Shown one piece after another: positions 39,065 through 48,130 of a stretch of DNA of 64,000 bases (position 1 is its first letter; each line of letters starts with the position of its first letter). The notes beneath the pieces are model-generated. The model saw only the letters and a list, made by a program, of their open reading frames with translations. It searched no databases and was not told the origin of the DNA. Source of the DNA: an uncultured virus (IMG/VR IMGVR_UViG_3300037493_005394) (lineage: Duplodnaviria; Heunggongvirae; Uroviricota; Caudoviricetes); IMG/VR virus record IMGVR_UViG_3300037493_005394; one strand, written 5' to 3'. Both the position numbers and the translations under genes were made by a program.

Positions 39065-40225
39065 ATGCGGCGCCTGAGCGCACGTCTGGCGGTCCTCGTC
39101 GAGGGGCGGGCCCTGCCTTCGGCGATGGCCCCGTGGGTCCGCGAGGTCCTCGGGGTGCTGGGCGGCGCCCTGTCGATGCCCCCGATCGCGGTGGTGGACC
39201 GCCTGGGCGAGCGCTGGCTGGGGACGTGCGTGTACCGGCCGGGCGAGGCCAGCACGCGGATCCAGGTACAGGCGCGCATCCTCGGGGACGAGGCCACGCT
39301 GCGGCGGGTGCTCGCGCATGAGTTGTGCCACCACGCGGCGTTCCTGACGGCGTGGGGGGCGGCGCAGGCCGTGGGGCAGGACGCGCGGACCTTCGCGCGC
39401 CTGCTGCGGATGGACGGGGAACATGGGGCGGGGTTCCTGGCGCAGGCGGCGCGGCTGAACGCGCGCTACGGGGCGGGCTACGTGACGCCGCACACGGACG
39501 AGGCGATGCAGGTGCAGGATGCCGCGCGTGAGGTGCAGGTGTTGCTGTGGGACCGCGGGGGCGGCAAGGATCTCCTGTATGCGGTGGCCGTGGGGTGGCT
39601 CGGGCCCAAGCAGCAGCGGTACTTGGCGTACAAGGCGCAGGCCTATGATGCGGTGCAGTACCGCGTGGCGCGCACGCGGGACGCGCGGGTGCTGGACGGC
39701 CCCAAGGTGGGGGCGGGGTTCGCGCCGGCGCGGGGGCCCCTGGGCGACGCGCTACGGGGGCTATGGGCGACGGCGATGCCCCTGGCGGCCCCACCGGCCC
39801 TGGCCGAGGGGAAGACGCCGCATGGGGGCGCCGCGATCAAGGTGCAGCGGCCCCGGGCGGCGGACCCCTACACGCGGCACGCCGTGGTGGCGATCGTGGG
39901 GGGCCTGCGGAAGAAGACGCCGCCGCGGCGCTCGGATGCCCCCACGGCGCACGCCATTGCGCGCGGGGTCGCGGCCCTGCACCATGGGCCCAAGCTGCCG
40001 TACTTCAAGCGGCGGAAGCCGCACGCGCAGACCCCGCGCGGGCGCAAGTACATCCAGAAGCACCAGCGGGATCGGAACCACGCCGCGAAGGATGCGAAGT
40101 ACTACAAGCTCGTGGGGAAGCGGCGGGCGGAGTTCGAGGGGCCTTGGACGTTGAAGGGCGAGGCCGTGTCGCTGAGCCAGCGGCTGCGGGCGCTCGTGGA
40201 GGGTATTTTTAGGGCGGGGGGCTAG
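39065..40225 (+). CDS. SprT-like zinc metalloprotease with leader motif and basic C-terminal module
   Basis: VLAHELCH (HExxH) plus downstream EHGAGF..LN, the SprT-type HGxxF motif. Confidence 0.7.
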   Translation: MRRLSARLAVLVEGRALPSAMAPWVREVLGVLGGALSMPPIAVVDRLGERWLGTCVYRPGEASTRIQVQARILGDEATLRRVLAHELCHHAAFLTAWGAAQAVGQDARTFARLLRMDGEHGAGFLAQAARLNARYGAGYVTPHTDEAMQVQDAAREVQVLLWDRGGGKDLLYAVAVGWLGPKQQRYLAYKAQAYDAVQYRVARTRDARVLDGPKVGAGFAPARGPLGDALRGLWATAMPLAAPPALAEGKTPHGGAAIKVQRPRAADPYTRHAVVAIVGGLRKKTPPRRSDAPTAHAIARGVAALHHGPKLPYFKRRKPHAQTPRGRKYIQKHQRDRNHAAKDAKYYKLVGKRRAEFEGPWTLKGEAVSLSQRLRALVEGIFRAGG

Positions 40226-40288
40226 CGCACGGGGGCGTGATCGCGTAAGGTGTTCTTGTACCTTCTTTTTGCCCCGCAAGGGGCCCCC

Positions 40289-40325
40289 GAGCCGACCCTG
40301 ACCAAGCAGGGCCGGCTCTTTTTTT
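40289..40325 (+). terminator. rho-independent terminator closing the leader-motif cluster
   Basis: Stem GAGCCGaCCCTG/CAGGGcCGGCTC followed by a 7-T run. Confidence 0.8.
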
Positions 40326-40413
40326 GATCTGCTTGTCCCACGCGCATGGTAGACTCGGGGCCTGCCGTGCGGCTTGGTCCCTGCCGGCAGCTCACACAAA
40401 AAGCAGGTAATCC

Positions 40414-40860
40414 ATGTCCAACGAGGAGATCGTGAAGGCGTTTGCGTTCGAGGGTCGCGCGGTGCGCGTCGAGCTGATCGAGGGGGAGCCCTGGTGGGTG
40501 GCCAAGGATGTGGCCGAGGCGCTTGGCTATATGTGGAACGGATCAGCGCGTATTGAACATGTTCCTAAGAAGTGGAGGGGGGTCACATCCGTTGTGACCC
40601 TTCGTGGGGATGCACAGGATATGGCTGTGCTATCCGAGCAGGGGTTGTATTGGTTTCTTGCGCGATCGGACAAACCGGCGGCACTGCCTTTTCAGGAGTG
40701 GATTGCGGGGGAGGTGCTGCCGAACATTCGCAAGACGTGGCAGTACAGCGTGGTGCCCAGCAAGGCGTTGATCCCTGACTTTGAGGACCCGCTCGCGGCG
40801 GCCGAGGGGTGGATCGAGCAGGTGGAGCGAGCCGAGGTTGCTAAGGGGGTGGCGATATGA
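40414..40860 (+). CDS. Bro-N domain protein
   Basis: EPWWVAKDVAEALGY, LSEQGLYWFLARSDKP, FQEWIAGEVLP. Confidence 0.9.
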   Translation: MSNEEIVKAFAFEGRAVRVELIEGEPWWVAKDVAEALGYMWNGSARIEHVPKKWRGVTSVVTLRGDAQDMAVLSEQGLYWFLARSDKPAALPFQEWIAGEVLPNIRKTWQYSVVPSKALIPDFEDPLAAAEGWIEQVERAEVAKGVAI

Positions 40861-41376
40861 GCGATGCAAAAATAGTGAGAACCCTTGAGCCGATAAATTT
40901 TCATGGACAATCCTTGGTGGTTGTGAATCGCGATGATGAACCTTATGTGGTGATGAAACCCATTGTAGAAGGCATGCGGTTGGACTGGCGCAGTCAGCGT
41001 GCAAAGTTTACTGAAGATGTCAACAGGTGGGGGGGGGTGATGATCCCCCTCCCTTCGCAAGGTGGCGAACAGACTACTCTTTGCCTGCCTTTGCGTAAGC
41101 TGGGGGCGTGGTTGATGACCTTGCAGACTTCACGGATGGATGCGGGGGTAGCAGAGCGGGTCCTGGGGCAAGGGGTTGGTCTATTTGGTCGAGCACTTTT
41201 ACCAGCAGGCGCAGGCCAAGGGGCAGGGGCGGCAGGCCCCTGCGATGCAGGCCCTGCCCCTGTTACAGGCGCCCATCACGCGGCCGATCCAGCAGTTGGC
41301 CCTGGACCTGTGTATGGTCGACGAGGATGAGGACCTCGCGGTGGATGACCCCGATCGGCCGACCATCGAGGCTTGA
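40857..41376 (+). pseudogene. internally deleted, frameshifted P22-antirepressor-N/KilAC gene
   Basis: Paralog of 45779..46669 up to ERVL (~41165); the KilAC-like end GKGLVYLVEHF then appears in another frame. Confidence 0.6.
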
Positions 41377-41403
41377 GCCCTGCGTACGCGCATACGCAGC
41401 GCC

Positions 41404-41432
41404 TTGATAGGCTCCCTGCGGCGGCCTACAAT
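41404..41432 (+). promoter_or_regulatory. sigma70-like promoter next to palindrome 41380-41399
   Basis: TTGATA-N17-TACAAT. Confidence 0.6.
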
Positions 41433-41465
41433 CGCTTTGAGACGATCCAGCAGAGGAGGTTCGCG

Positions 41466-42038
41466 ATGGGCGAGGAGCAGGGACGGCCCCGGCGGCCGGA
41501 GGGGACGCGGGCGGGCACAACGACGGAGCTGGCGGGGCAGATGGGGACGCCCGCGCTGGGGATGCCCCTGGAGCGGGGCGCCGCGGGGCGCCAGGTGCTG
41601 GATCGGGCCGCGGTGGAGGGGCTCCTGCGCGTGGTGGGGGCCGATGGGCACGGGATCTATGCGGTGGACGCGCTGGTCGCGGGGGGGCTCCCCCCGGCGC
41701 TGGTGATGGGGCTCGCGCGCTGGCACCGGCCCCTGGGGGAGACGGGGGGCGGGGTGCGCGGGGCCGAGGGCCAGGAGGTGGGGGCGGTGTGGGGGGTGCA
41801 TGGGCTCGCGCTGCTGTTGGCGGTGGCCCAGGGGCTGGGGGTGGAGCATGGGGATCTCTCGCCCTCCTGGCGCCAGGCGGCCTATGGGGTGGCGACGGCG
41901 CTGGCCGCGTGGGTGGTGCGGCGCGGGGGGATCCCCGTGGCGCTGGGGACGCCCCCGGTGCCGACGGTGGCGCCGCCGCCGCTGCCCCTAGAGGCCATCA
42001 CGGCGGGGGAGGGGGCGAGGGGGCGAGGGCGCCCATGA
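41466..42038 (+). CDS. hypothetical protein
   Basis: GAGGAGGT RBS before ATG 41466. Confidence 0.55.
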   Translation: MGEEQGRPRRPEGTRAGTTTELAGQMGTPALGMPLERGAAGRQVLDRAAVEGLLRVVGADGHGIYAVDALVAGGLPPALVMGLARWHRPLGETGGGVRGAEGQEVGAVWGVHGLALLLAVAQGLGVEHGDLSPSWRQAAYGVATALAAWVVRRGGIPVALGTPPVPTVAPPPLPLEAITAGEGARGRGRP

Positions 42039-42418
42039 CGCCGCCGCGGGCACCCTCGTGGGTAGGGGTGGAGGCGCGGGTCACGGAGCTTGCGGGGACC
42101 GTGCGGGCCCTCATGGCGGGGCTCGCGCGGGTCGAGCATGAGGTCGCGGCGCTGGGCCAGGCCCTCGTGGCGGCGGAGGTCCAGCGAGGGGCCCTGGAGC
42201 GGGCGCGGCTCAGCATGGTGGCGGCGCTCAAGCAGCACCGGGAGCGCGTGGATGCCCTGCAGGGGCAGGTGGAGGCGCTGGCCGCGGCGGGGGCCGGGGT
42301 GGCGCGCGCGGTGGCCGAGGTGCAGGCGCGCACCAGTGTGCCCCCGGAGGAGGCCGAGGGGGGCGTGGCCGCGATCCTGCGTGCTTTTGTCCACGAGGAT
42401 GAGTGGAAAAAGCGGTGA
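42035..42418 (+). CDS. coiled-coil hypothetical protein
   Basis: ATGA overlap; heptad pattern. Confidence 0.55.
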   Translation: MTPPRAPSWVGVEARVTELAGTVRALMAGLARVEHEVAALGQALVAAEVQRGALERARLSMVAALKQHRERVDALQGQVEALAAAGAGVARAVAEVQARTSVPPEEAEGGVAAILRAFVHEDEWKKR

Positions 42419-42419
42419 T

Positions 42420-43030
42420 TGCCTTGTGTAATCGTGGAGTTTGGTATCAATCCTTCAAGTAAAGTCACGAGGTTGCGTACGCAGTGGGCGCTCGCGTTTG
42501 GCGATAGCTGTGAGATTACGTGGTGGTTACACGCAATAGTTAAAGTAGATTCTCTAACCTGCGTACGCAGTGGCAAAGCGGCAAGGTGGGATGCGGCACG
42601 TGCCCTTGCGAGATTTCACAAGCGATGTCGAGCCGTTTGATGTGCATAGTTAAGGTGAATCCTAGAATCCGCGTACGCGCGTACGCAACCTCAAGAATCT
42701 ACGTGAACCCCGTGGATTCTCCTTTGTCTCGCGCGTGACGACGGGCGTTCGATCGGGGGCGTCTTCGCGCCTTGGAGAGCGCGTGGATCTCCGGATCCGG
42801 ATCCCTTGCGGGTCTTAGCTCAACTCCCTACGGGAGTTTCGCCCTGCGCGCAGGGCCGCGCGATCTCTCTCAAGATCTAAGACGAAGACAAAGAACAAGA
42901 CGAAGAACAAGACGTAAAGGTACAGGGGTCCTCTGCCTTTGGCTCGGGGCTCGGGGAAGGCCAGATCGATCTAGAACAGACCACATCGCGCAGGATCGAA
43001 GCGGATGAAGCCGCGCGCGTGTCTCGCGCG
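42420..43030. other. non-coding, origin-like or regulatory tract
   Basis: Lower GC, three palindrome-family sites, GATC cluster, AAGAACAAGACG tandem repeat. Confidence 0.4.
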
Positions 43031-43587
43031 ATAACCTGGGGGAGGGCTGTGGTAGGATGGGGCGGGGCAGGCCGGAGAGGAGGCATGGATGTTTTTGGGT
43101 GATGGCTGGGAGGGCTGGGGCGTGGTGCGGCGCATGGCGGCGGACCTCCTGGGGCTGCGCGTGGAGGTGACGCGGGGGGCGCTGGACGGGGAGGAGGGCT
43201 GGTGGGTGAGCATGCATCGGCGGGCGGGGGCCAGGGCGGCGGCGATGGTGTGGGTGCCGCAACGGGGGCGTGTGCGGTTTGTGGCGCGGGGCGCGGGGGG
43301 GGAACGCGCGGGGGAAAGCGAGGAGAGTTGACAAATATGGTGGGGGTGTGGTAGCGCGATTAGGTGCAAACGTGGACACAGCAACGGGGTGGGGGCGCGG
43401 CGTGCGGCGCGGCCTGCTGCCCCCTAAAAACTCACGCAGGCCCCTCCCAGATGCAGCGAAAAAAATGGTTCAGTGTGAAGAATAGCTGGGGGTGGCAGGG
43501 AACCACACCATGTGAGGGGGTGCCGGCCGTGAACCCGGCCCCTGGCGGGGGGCGGCGGGCCGCGCGGCATGGCGCAGGGAAGGTGAC

Positions 43588-43911
43588 ATGGGCTATTTGA
43601 CGGAGGGCGGCCCGCGGTGGACGCGGATAGGCCTGCGGAGCGGGGCCTGCGGGGCCTGCGGGGCGCCCCCGGACGTCCTGTTGGAGGGGCAGCATCGCTG
43701 CTGGCCCTGCCTCGCGGAGGGCCTCGCGCGGGACCTCGCGGCGCTGCGGGTGGAGCGCGGGCGCCTGCTGGGGCTCGTGGAGGCCCACGAGGGGGTGCTG
43801 CGGGCGCTTGATGAGGCGGTGGCGCAGGTGCAGGCGCAGCGGCGGAGCGCGGCCCCGACCGCCCCGGTGGGCCCCGAGGGGGTCCCCGCGTGGCTCGTGC
43901 GGCGGCGGTGA
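43588..43911 (+). CDS. hypothetical protein, Zn ribbon plus coiled coil
   Basis: CGAC and CWPC pairs followed by heptads. Confidence 0.5.
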   Translation: MGYLTEGGPRWTRIGLRSGACGACGAPPDVLLEGQHRCWPCLAEGLARDLAALRVERGRLLGLVEAHEGVLRALDEAVAQVQAQRRSAAPTAPVGPEGVPAWLVRRR

Positions 43912-43914
43912 GTG

Positions 43915-43962
43915 GGACGTCTGGATGTCTGGATGTCTGGACGTCTGGCCCTTTAGACGTCT
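43915..43962. repeat. in-register tandem 8-bp boxes RGAYGTCT (Met-box-like operator array)
   Basis: GGACGTCT GGATGTCT GGATGTCT GGACGTCT, an 8-nt gap, then AGACGTCT. Confidence 0.75.
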
Positions 43963-44027
43963 GGCCGTGGCAAGGGTTGGACGGTTGAACGGCTGACAGT
44001 TGCGGGCGAGGGCCCAGGAGCGGAGCG

Positions 44028-44888
44028 ATGAGCGAGCAGCAAGCGGTGGTGCAGGTGTTTGATTTTGAGCAACGCGCGGTGCGCGTCGAGCTGATCGAGG
44101 GCGAGCCCTGGTGGGTGGCGCGAGATGTCGCGTTGGCCCTGGGGTATCCTGAATCGACAGCAGACAACGCCAAGCGCATGACGGACCACATCCCGGAGGA
44201 GTGGAAGGGGCGGTATCCAATACCGACCCCTGGCGGAGCGCAGGAAATCCTTTGCCTTTCCGAGCAGGGCCTCTATTTCTTCCTGGCCCGCAGCGACAAG
44301 CCCGCGGCCCTGCCCTTCCAGAAGTGGATTGCGGGGGAGGTGCTCCCCAGCATCCGCAAGACGGGGCAATATGCGGTGGCTGCGCTCCCCAAGACGCCGG
44401 GCGAGATGTTCCTGGAGTCAGCGCAGCGGTTCCTAGACAACGAGCGCCGCATGATGGCCCTGGAGACGGAGCAGCGGGTCCTGGCGCAGCAGGTGGGCTC
44501 GCTCATGCAGTCCCGCGCGGAGGGCGAGGCGCTGCTGCGGGCGCTCCCCGCGCCGACCGTGGAGGCCCGCGAGGTGCCGGTGCGGGCGCGCATCAACCAG
44601 GCTGTGCAGGCCTACATCCACGCGCATGGGCTGCGGGACCAGGCCGCGGGGGAGGTCTGGCGCCGGCTCTACCGCGAGTTCCTGGCGGCTTATGACGTTG
44701 ACCTGGTTCAGCGCGCCAAGAACCGTTGTGTGCAGGGGCGCAAGGTCGGCGCGTTGGACATCGCCGAGGAGTTGGATACGGGCAAGCGGCCTGGCACGAT
44801 GGCGGAGTTGTACGCGGTGGCTGTGCGGATCTTGGGCCACCCCACGCGGGCGCTGGGGCTGGTTGCCCCTGACGCGCTGGAGGGCTGA
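44028..44888 (+). CDS. Bro-N domain antirepressor-like protein
   Basis: Bro-N motifs, coiled coil and a distinct C-terminal domain. Confidence 0.9.
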   Translation: MSEQQAVVQVFDFEQRAVRVELIEGEPWWVARDVALALGYPESTADNAKRMTDHIPEEWKGRYPIPTPGGAQEILCLSEQGLYFFLARSDKPAALPFQKWIAGEVLPSIRKTGQYAVAALPKTPGEMFLESAQRFLDNERRMMALETEQRVLAQQVGSLMQSRAEGEALLRALPAPTVEAREVPVRARINQAVQAYIHAHGLRDQAAGEVWRRLYREFLAAYDVDLVQRAKNRCVQGRKVGALDIAEELDTGKRPGTMAELYAVAVRILGHPTRALGLVAPDALEG

Positions 44889-44891
44889 GCG

Positions 44892-45293
44892 ATGGCAAAG
44901 AAGCAAGCGGTAGGCGAGGGCAAGGTTATGGCCGAGGCGGTTCCGGCGGGGATCTCGAAGGCTGAGAGCGAGGCCCGGTGGCGGGAGAAGGTACGCGGGT
45001 GCGAGCGGCCAACCATCGGGCATCTGTCCGAGTGGGAGGTGCTCGTGTGGGAGGTGGAGGACTATGCCTGCACCTGCAATTTGTCGGCGCTCCGCCTCTG
45101 GGACGTCCTCTGGGAGGAGGTCGCCGAGGTCGAGGGGCTGGACGTGCCGGGGCTCGCGCGGCGCCTGGATATGACGACGCGGGAGCTGACGGAGCGCTTG
45201 ACGAGCGTGCGGGAGATGAGCTTTGAGCGAAGCGTGCGGGAGGCCCTGCGCGATTTGGATTGCGATGCGCTGCGACGTGTGTGGGAGGCATAA
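44892..45293 (+). CDS. hypothetical protein, possible HTH
   Basis: GGAGG RBS; VPGLARRLDMTTREL. Confidence 0.5.
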   Translation: MAKKQAVGEGKVMAEAVPAGISKAESEARWREKVRGCERPTIGHLSEWEVLVWEVEDYACTCNLSALRLWDVLWEEVAEVEGLDVPGLARRLDMTTRELTERLTSVREMSFERSVREALRDLDCDALRRVWEA

Positions 45294-45299
45294 CTAGCG

Positions 45300-45782
45300 A
45301 TGAGCGAGCAGCAAGCGATCGTGAAGGCGTTCGAGTTTGAAACGCAGGCCGTCCGCGTAGAGCTATTTGACGGGGAGCCCTGGTGGGTGGCCAAGGATGT
45401 GGCGGTGGCTTTGGGGTATGCCGAGACAAGCGTGGCTAACAACATGTCCAATCTCGTGGCGAAGGTGCCAGCGGAATGGCGGGGCAATAAACCATTTCTT
45501 ACCCCTGGTGGCACCCAGGAAATCCTCTGTCTTTCTGAGCAGGGCCTCTATTCCTTCCTGGCCCGCAGCAACATGGAGGCGGCTGTCCCGTTCCAGAAGT
45601 GGATCGCGGGAGAAGTATTACCAAGCATTCGTAAGACGGGGAAATACAGCGTGGTGCCCGTCGATCCGACGGCGCTGGGTTTGCCGGATTTCAACGATCC
45701 CTTTGCGGCTGCCGAGGCATGGGCTAAGGAGGGCCGGGGACGCGTGGCGGCGGAGGAGCAGGCCAAAGGGGTGGCAGCATGA
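45300..45782 (+). CDS. Bro-N domain protein
   Basis: Paralog of 40414..40860. Confidence 0.9.
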   Translation: MSEQQAIVKAFEFETQAVRVELFDGEPWWVAKDVAVALGYAETSVANNMSNLVAKVPAEWRGNKPFLTPGGTQEILCLSEQGLYSFLARSNMEAAVPFQKWIAGEVLPSIRKTGKYSVVPVDPTALGLPDFNDPFAAAEAWAKEGRGRVAAEEQAKGVAA

Positions 45783-46669
45783 ACGATACGAAGATAGTGC
45801 GCACACTCGCCCCGGTGGACTTCCACGGGCAGTCTTTGACGGTGATCGATCGCGAGGGGAAGCCCTACGTGGCGATGCGGCCCGTGGTTGAGGGGATCGG
45901 CTTGGATTGGCGTAGTCAGCACGTTAAGTTGTCGGATGACCTCGGGCGATGGGGGATGGTGATGATCACCACACTTCAGAGTGCCGATGGAAAAGAGCGG
46001 GAGATGGCCTGTATTCCACTCAAGAAGCTGACGGGCTGGCTGATGACGTTGCAGCCCTCGCGTATGGATAATGAAGTTTCTGCGCGAGTGTTGCTTTATC
46101 AGAATGAGTGCGACGATGCTCTGTGGGACTACTGGACGCAAGGTGTGGCGGAAAATCCGCGGGTAGCTATATCTAATGACCCTACGGCATTGGGGTTGCC
46201 TGATTTCCGAGATCCCAGGAAAGCGGCCTTGGGCTGGATCGAACAGTACGACCGTGCGGAGGCGGAGGCCGCTGCGCGCAAACTCCTCGCGGCGAAGATC
46301 GAGTCGGATGCCCCCAAGGTGGAGTTCGCGGAACGCCTGGAGGTGGCCCAGGAGGCGATCCTCGTGGGCGATATGGCGAAGTTGATCACGGCACAGACGG
46401 GGTACAAGATCGGCCAGAATGGGCTCTTCGACTGGCTACGGTCCCATCGGTACGTTATGAAGACGCCGGGGCGGCACCTATTGCCCACGCAGTACGCGGT
46501 GGAGAGCGGCTGGCTGGTCATCAAGGAGGGGACGCGGGTCGCCCCCAGTGGGAACGTGCATCTGACACAGACCACGCGGGTCACGGCGCGGGGCCAGGCG
46601 CACTTCCTGGGGATCTTCGCGCGGCTCAAGGAGCAGGCGATGGAGATTGGGATGGCGCGCCTCAACTAG
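45779..46669 (+). CDS. phage antirepressor (P22 AR N-terminal plus KilAC/ANT C-terminal)
   Basis: PYVAMRPVVEGIGLDW, YQNECDDALWDYW, APKVEF, IGQNGLFDWLR, TRVTARGQ. Confidence 0.9.
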   Translation: MNDTKIVRTLAPVDFHGQSLTVIDREGKPYVAMRPVVEGIGLDWRSQHVKLSDDLGRWGMVMITTLQSADGKEREMACIPLKKLTGWLMTLQPSRMDNEVSARVLLYQNECDDALWDYWTQGVAENPRVAISNDPTALGLPDFRDPRKAALGWIEQYDRAEAEAAARKLLAAKIESDAPKVEFAERLEVAQEAILVGDMAKLITAQTGYKIGQNGLFDWLRSHRYVMKTPGRHLLPTQYAVESGWLVIKEGTRVAPSGNVHLTQTTRVTARGQAHFLGIFARLKEQAMEIGMARLN

Positions 46670-46724
46670 GCGCAGGCCTTGATGGTTGTGTTGCTGAGGC
46701 CCCAGTGGGCTGAGGGGTGCAGGG

Positions 46725-47429
46725 ATGTTGACCCATGAGTTGAAGATCTGGCGCGCCTATTTTGTGGAGATCGCCCGCGGGGAGAAGACGCTGGAGATCC
46801 GGTTCGGCGACGACCGCCAGTACGCGGCGGAGGACACGATCGTGTTCCGCGAGTGGGAGCATGGGGCAGCGGTCTATACGGGACGCTGGCTCACGGCGCG
46901 GATCGCGGCGTGTCAGCGGACGGAACAGGCGCGGTTCGTGGGGTTTGGTCAGCCGGTGTGGGCGCTGGCGTTGACCGAGGTGGGCGACATTCAGGAGGGG
47001 GTGCCGTCTTGCATGGTGCCCTCGCGGATCGACCTCTACCTGGCCCCCGAGGGGACGACGACGTTTGATGCCTGGGAGGCGTGGCCGACGCGCATTCCCA
47101 TGAGGGCGGTCCACATCGAAGAGGAGACGGCGACGGCACGGACGCCGATCGCGGGGAGTGCGTGGAATCGGTCGATCACGCTGTGCCGCATTCCACGGGG
47201 GGACATGGACGCGGCGATGCTCGCGTGGGTGAAGATGAGCGAGTACGCGGTCTATAAGGGGCGGATGTGCGTCCTGCGGTTGCAGCGGGGCGCGGTCGAG
47301 GGACCCCAGGAGGTGCGCATCATTCCGTTGTTCAATGCCTGTGTCGTGCGGGCCAAACACGGGGACGCCGTGGACTTGTTCAGCGAGGTGGACATCGTCG
47401 GTGTCGTGCCCGATGAGGTGACCGAATGA
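46725..47429 (+). CDS. ASCH/DUF3850-like domain protein
   Basis: THELKIW..YF..I..GEKTLEIR..DR.Y...D...FREW. Confidence 0.75.
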   Translation: MLTHELKIWRAYFVEIARGEKTLEIRFGDDRQYAAEDTIVFREWEHGAAVYTGRWLTARIAACQRTEQARFVGFGQPVWALALTEVGDIQEGVPSCMVPSRIDLYLAPEGTTTFDAWEAWPTRIPMRAVHIEEETATARTPIAGSAWNRSITLCRIPRGDMDAAMLAWVKMSEYAVYKGRMCVLRLQRGAVEGPQEVRIIPLFNACVVRAKHGDAVDLFSEVDIVGVVPDEVTE

Positions 47430-48130
47430 GAGCGCCGTTTATCGTGTTCGAGGGTGCGGATGGCGCGGGGACCACGACGCAGACCGCGCTGCTGGTCGCT
47501 CGGCTGCATGGAATGGGGATCGCGGCGCAGGCGACGGCGGAGCCCTCGCACGGGCCGATCGGTCACACTTTGCGGGAGTACCTGCGGGGCGGGGTGCACC
47601 TCAGTTGGCGGGGGCTCGCCCACCTCTTCGCGGCGGATCGCTGTTGGCACGTGGAGCACGTGATTCGCCCCCTGCTGCGGAAGGGCGTGGTCGTGGTCTG
47701 CGATCGGTTCTTCCATTCGACGGTGGTCTACCAGGGACTCTCCGAGGAGGGGCACCGGGAGCGGATGCAGGGCCTGGCGTGCGAGGTGCTGGTCGGGGTG
47801 CCGCGCGGGTACGGGGCGCCCGAGGTCCCGTGGTGGGTGGCGCCGGACATGACGTTCATCCTGGATGGTCCCGCCGAGGTGTTCTGGCAACGGGTGCAGG
47901 CGCGTGGGTTTTTGCCGGATCGGTTCGAGGAGCAGACGTTCCACCAGAAGGTCGTCGCGGCCTACCACAGCTTCGTGTGGGACGTGGCGCTGGATACGGG
48001 GGTGATCAAGCGGGTTGACGGGACGGTGGCCGCCGAGGCGGTCGAGGCGGCGGTCTGGGCGGACCTCGAGGGGGACATCCTCCCGGAGACGTGGGATCGG
48101 TGTGCCCGGCATCAGGAGGTCGTATTGTGA
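47426..48130 (+). CDS. tmk: thymidylate kinase
   Basis: FEGADGAGTTTQ P-loop, LFAADR, CDRFFHS, PD, DRFE. Confidence 0.9.
   Translation: MRAPFIVFEGADGAGTTTQTALLVARLHGMGIAAQATAEPSHGPIGHTLREYLRGGVHLSWRGLAHLFAADRCWHVEHVIRPLLRKGVVVVCDRFFHSTVVYQGLSEEGHRERMQGLACEVLVGVPRGYGAPEVPWWVAPDMTFILDGPAEVFWQRVQARGFLPDRFEEQTFHQKVVAAYHSFVWDVALDTGVIKRVDGTVAAEAVEAAVWADLEGDILPETWDRCARHQEVVL

Noticed and set aside
47426..48130. Inactive Tmk because the P-loop reads GTTT rather than GK(S/T)T
   Set aside because: All other motifs are intact and I recall this variant in other bacterial Tmks; insufficient to call a pseudogene.
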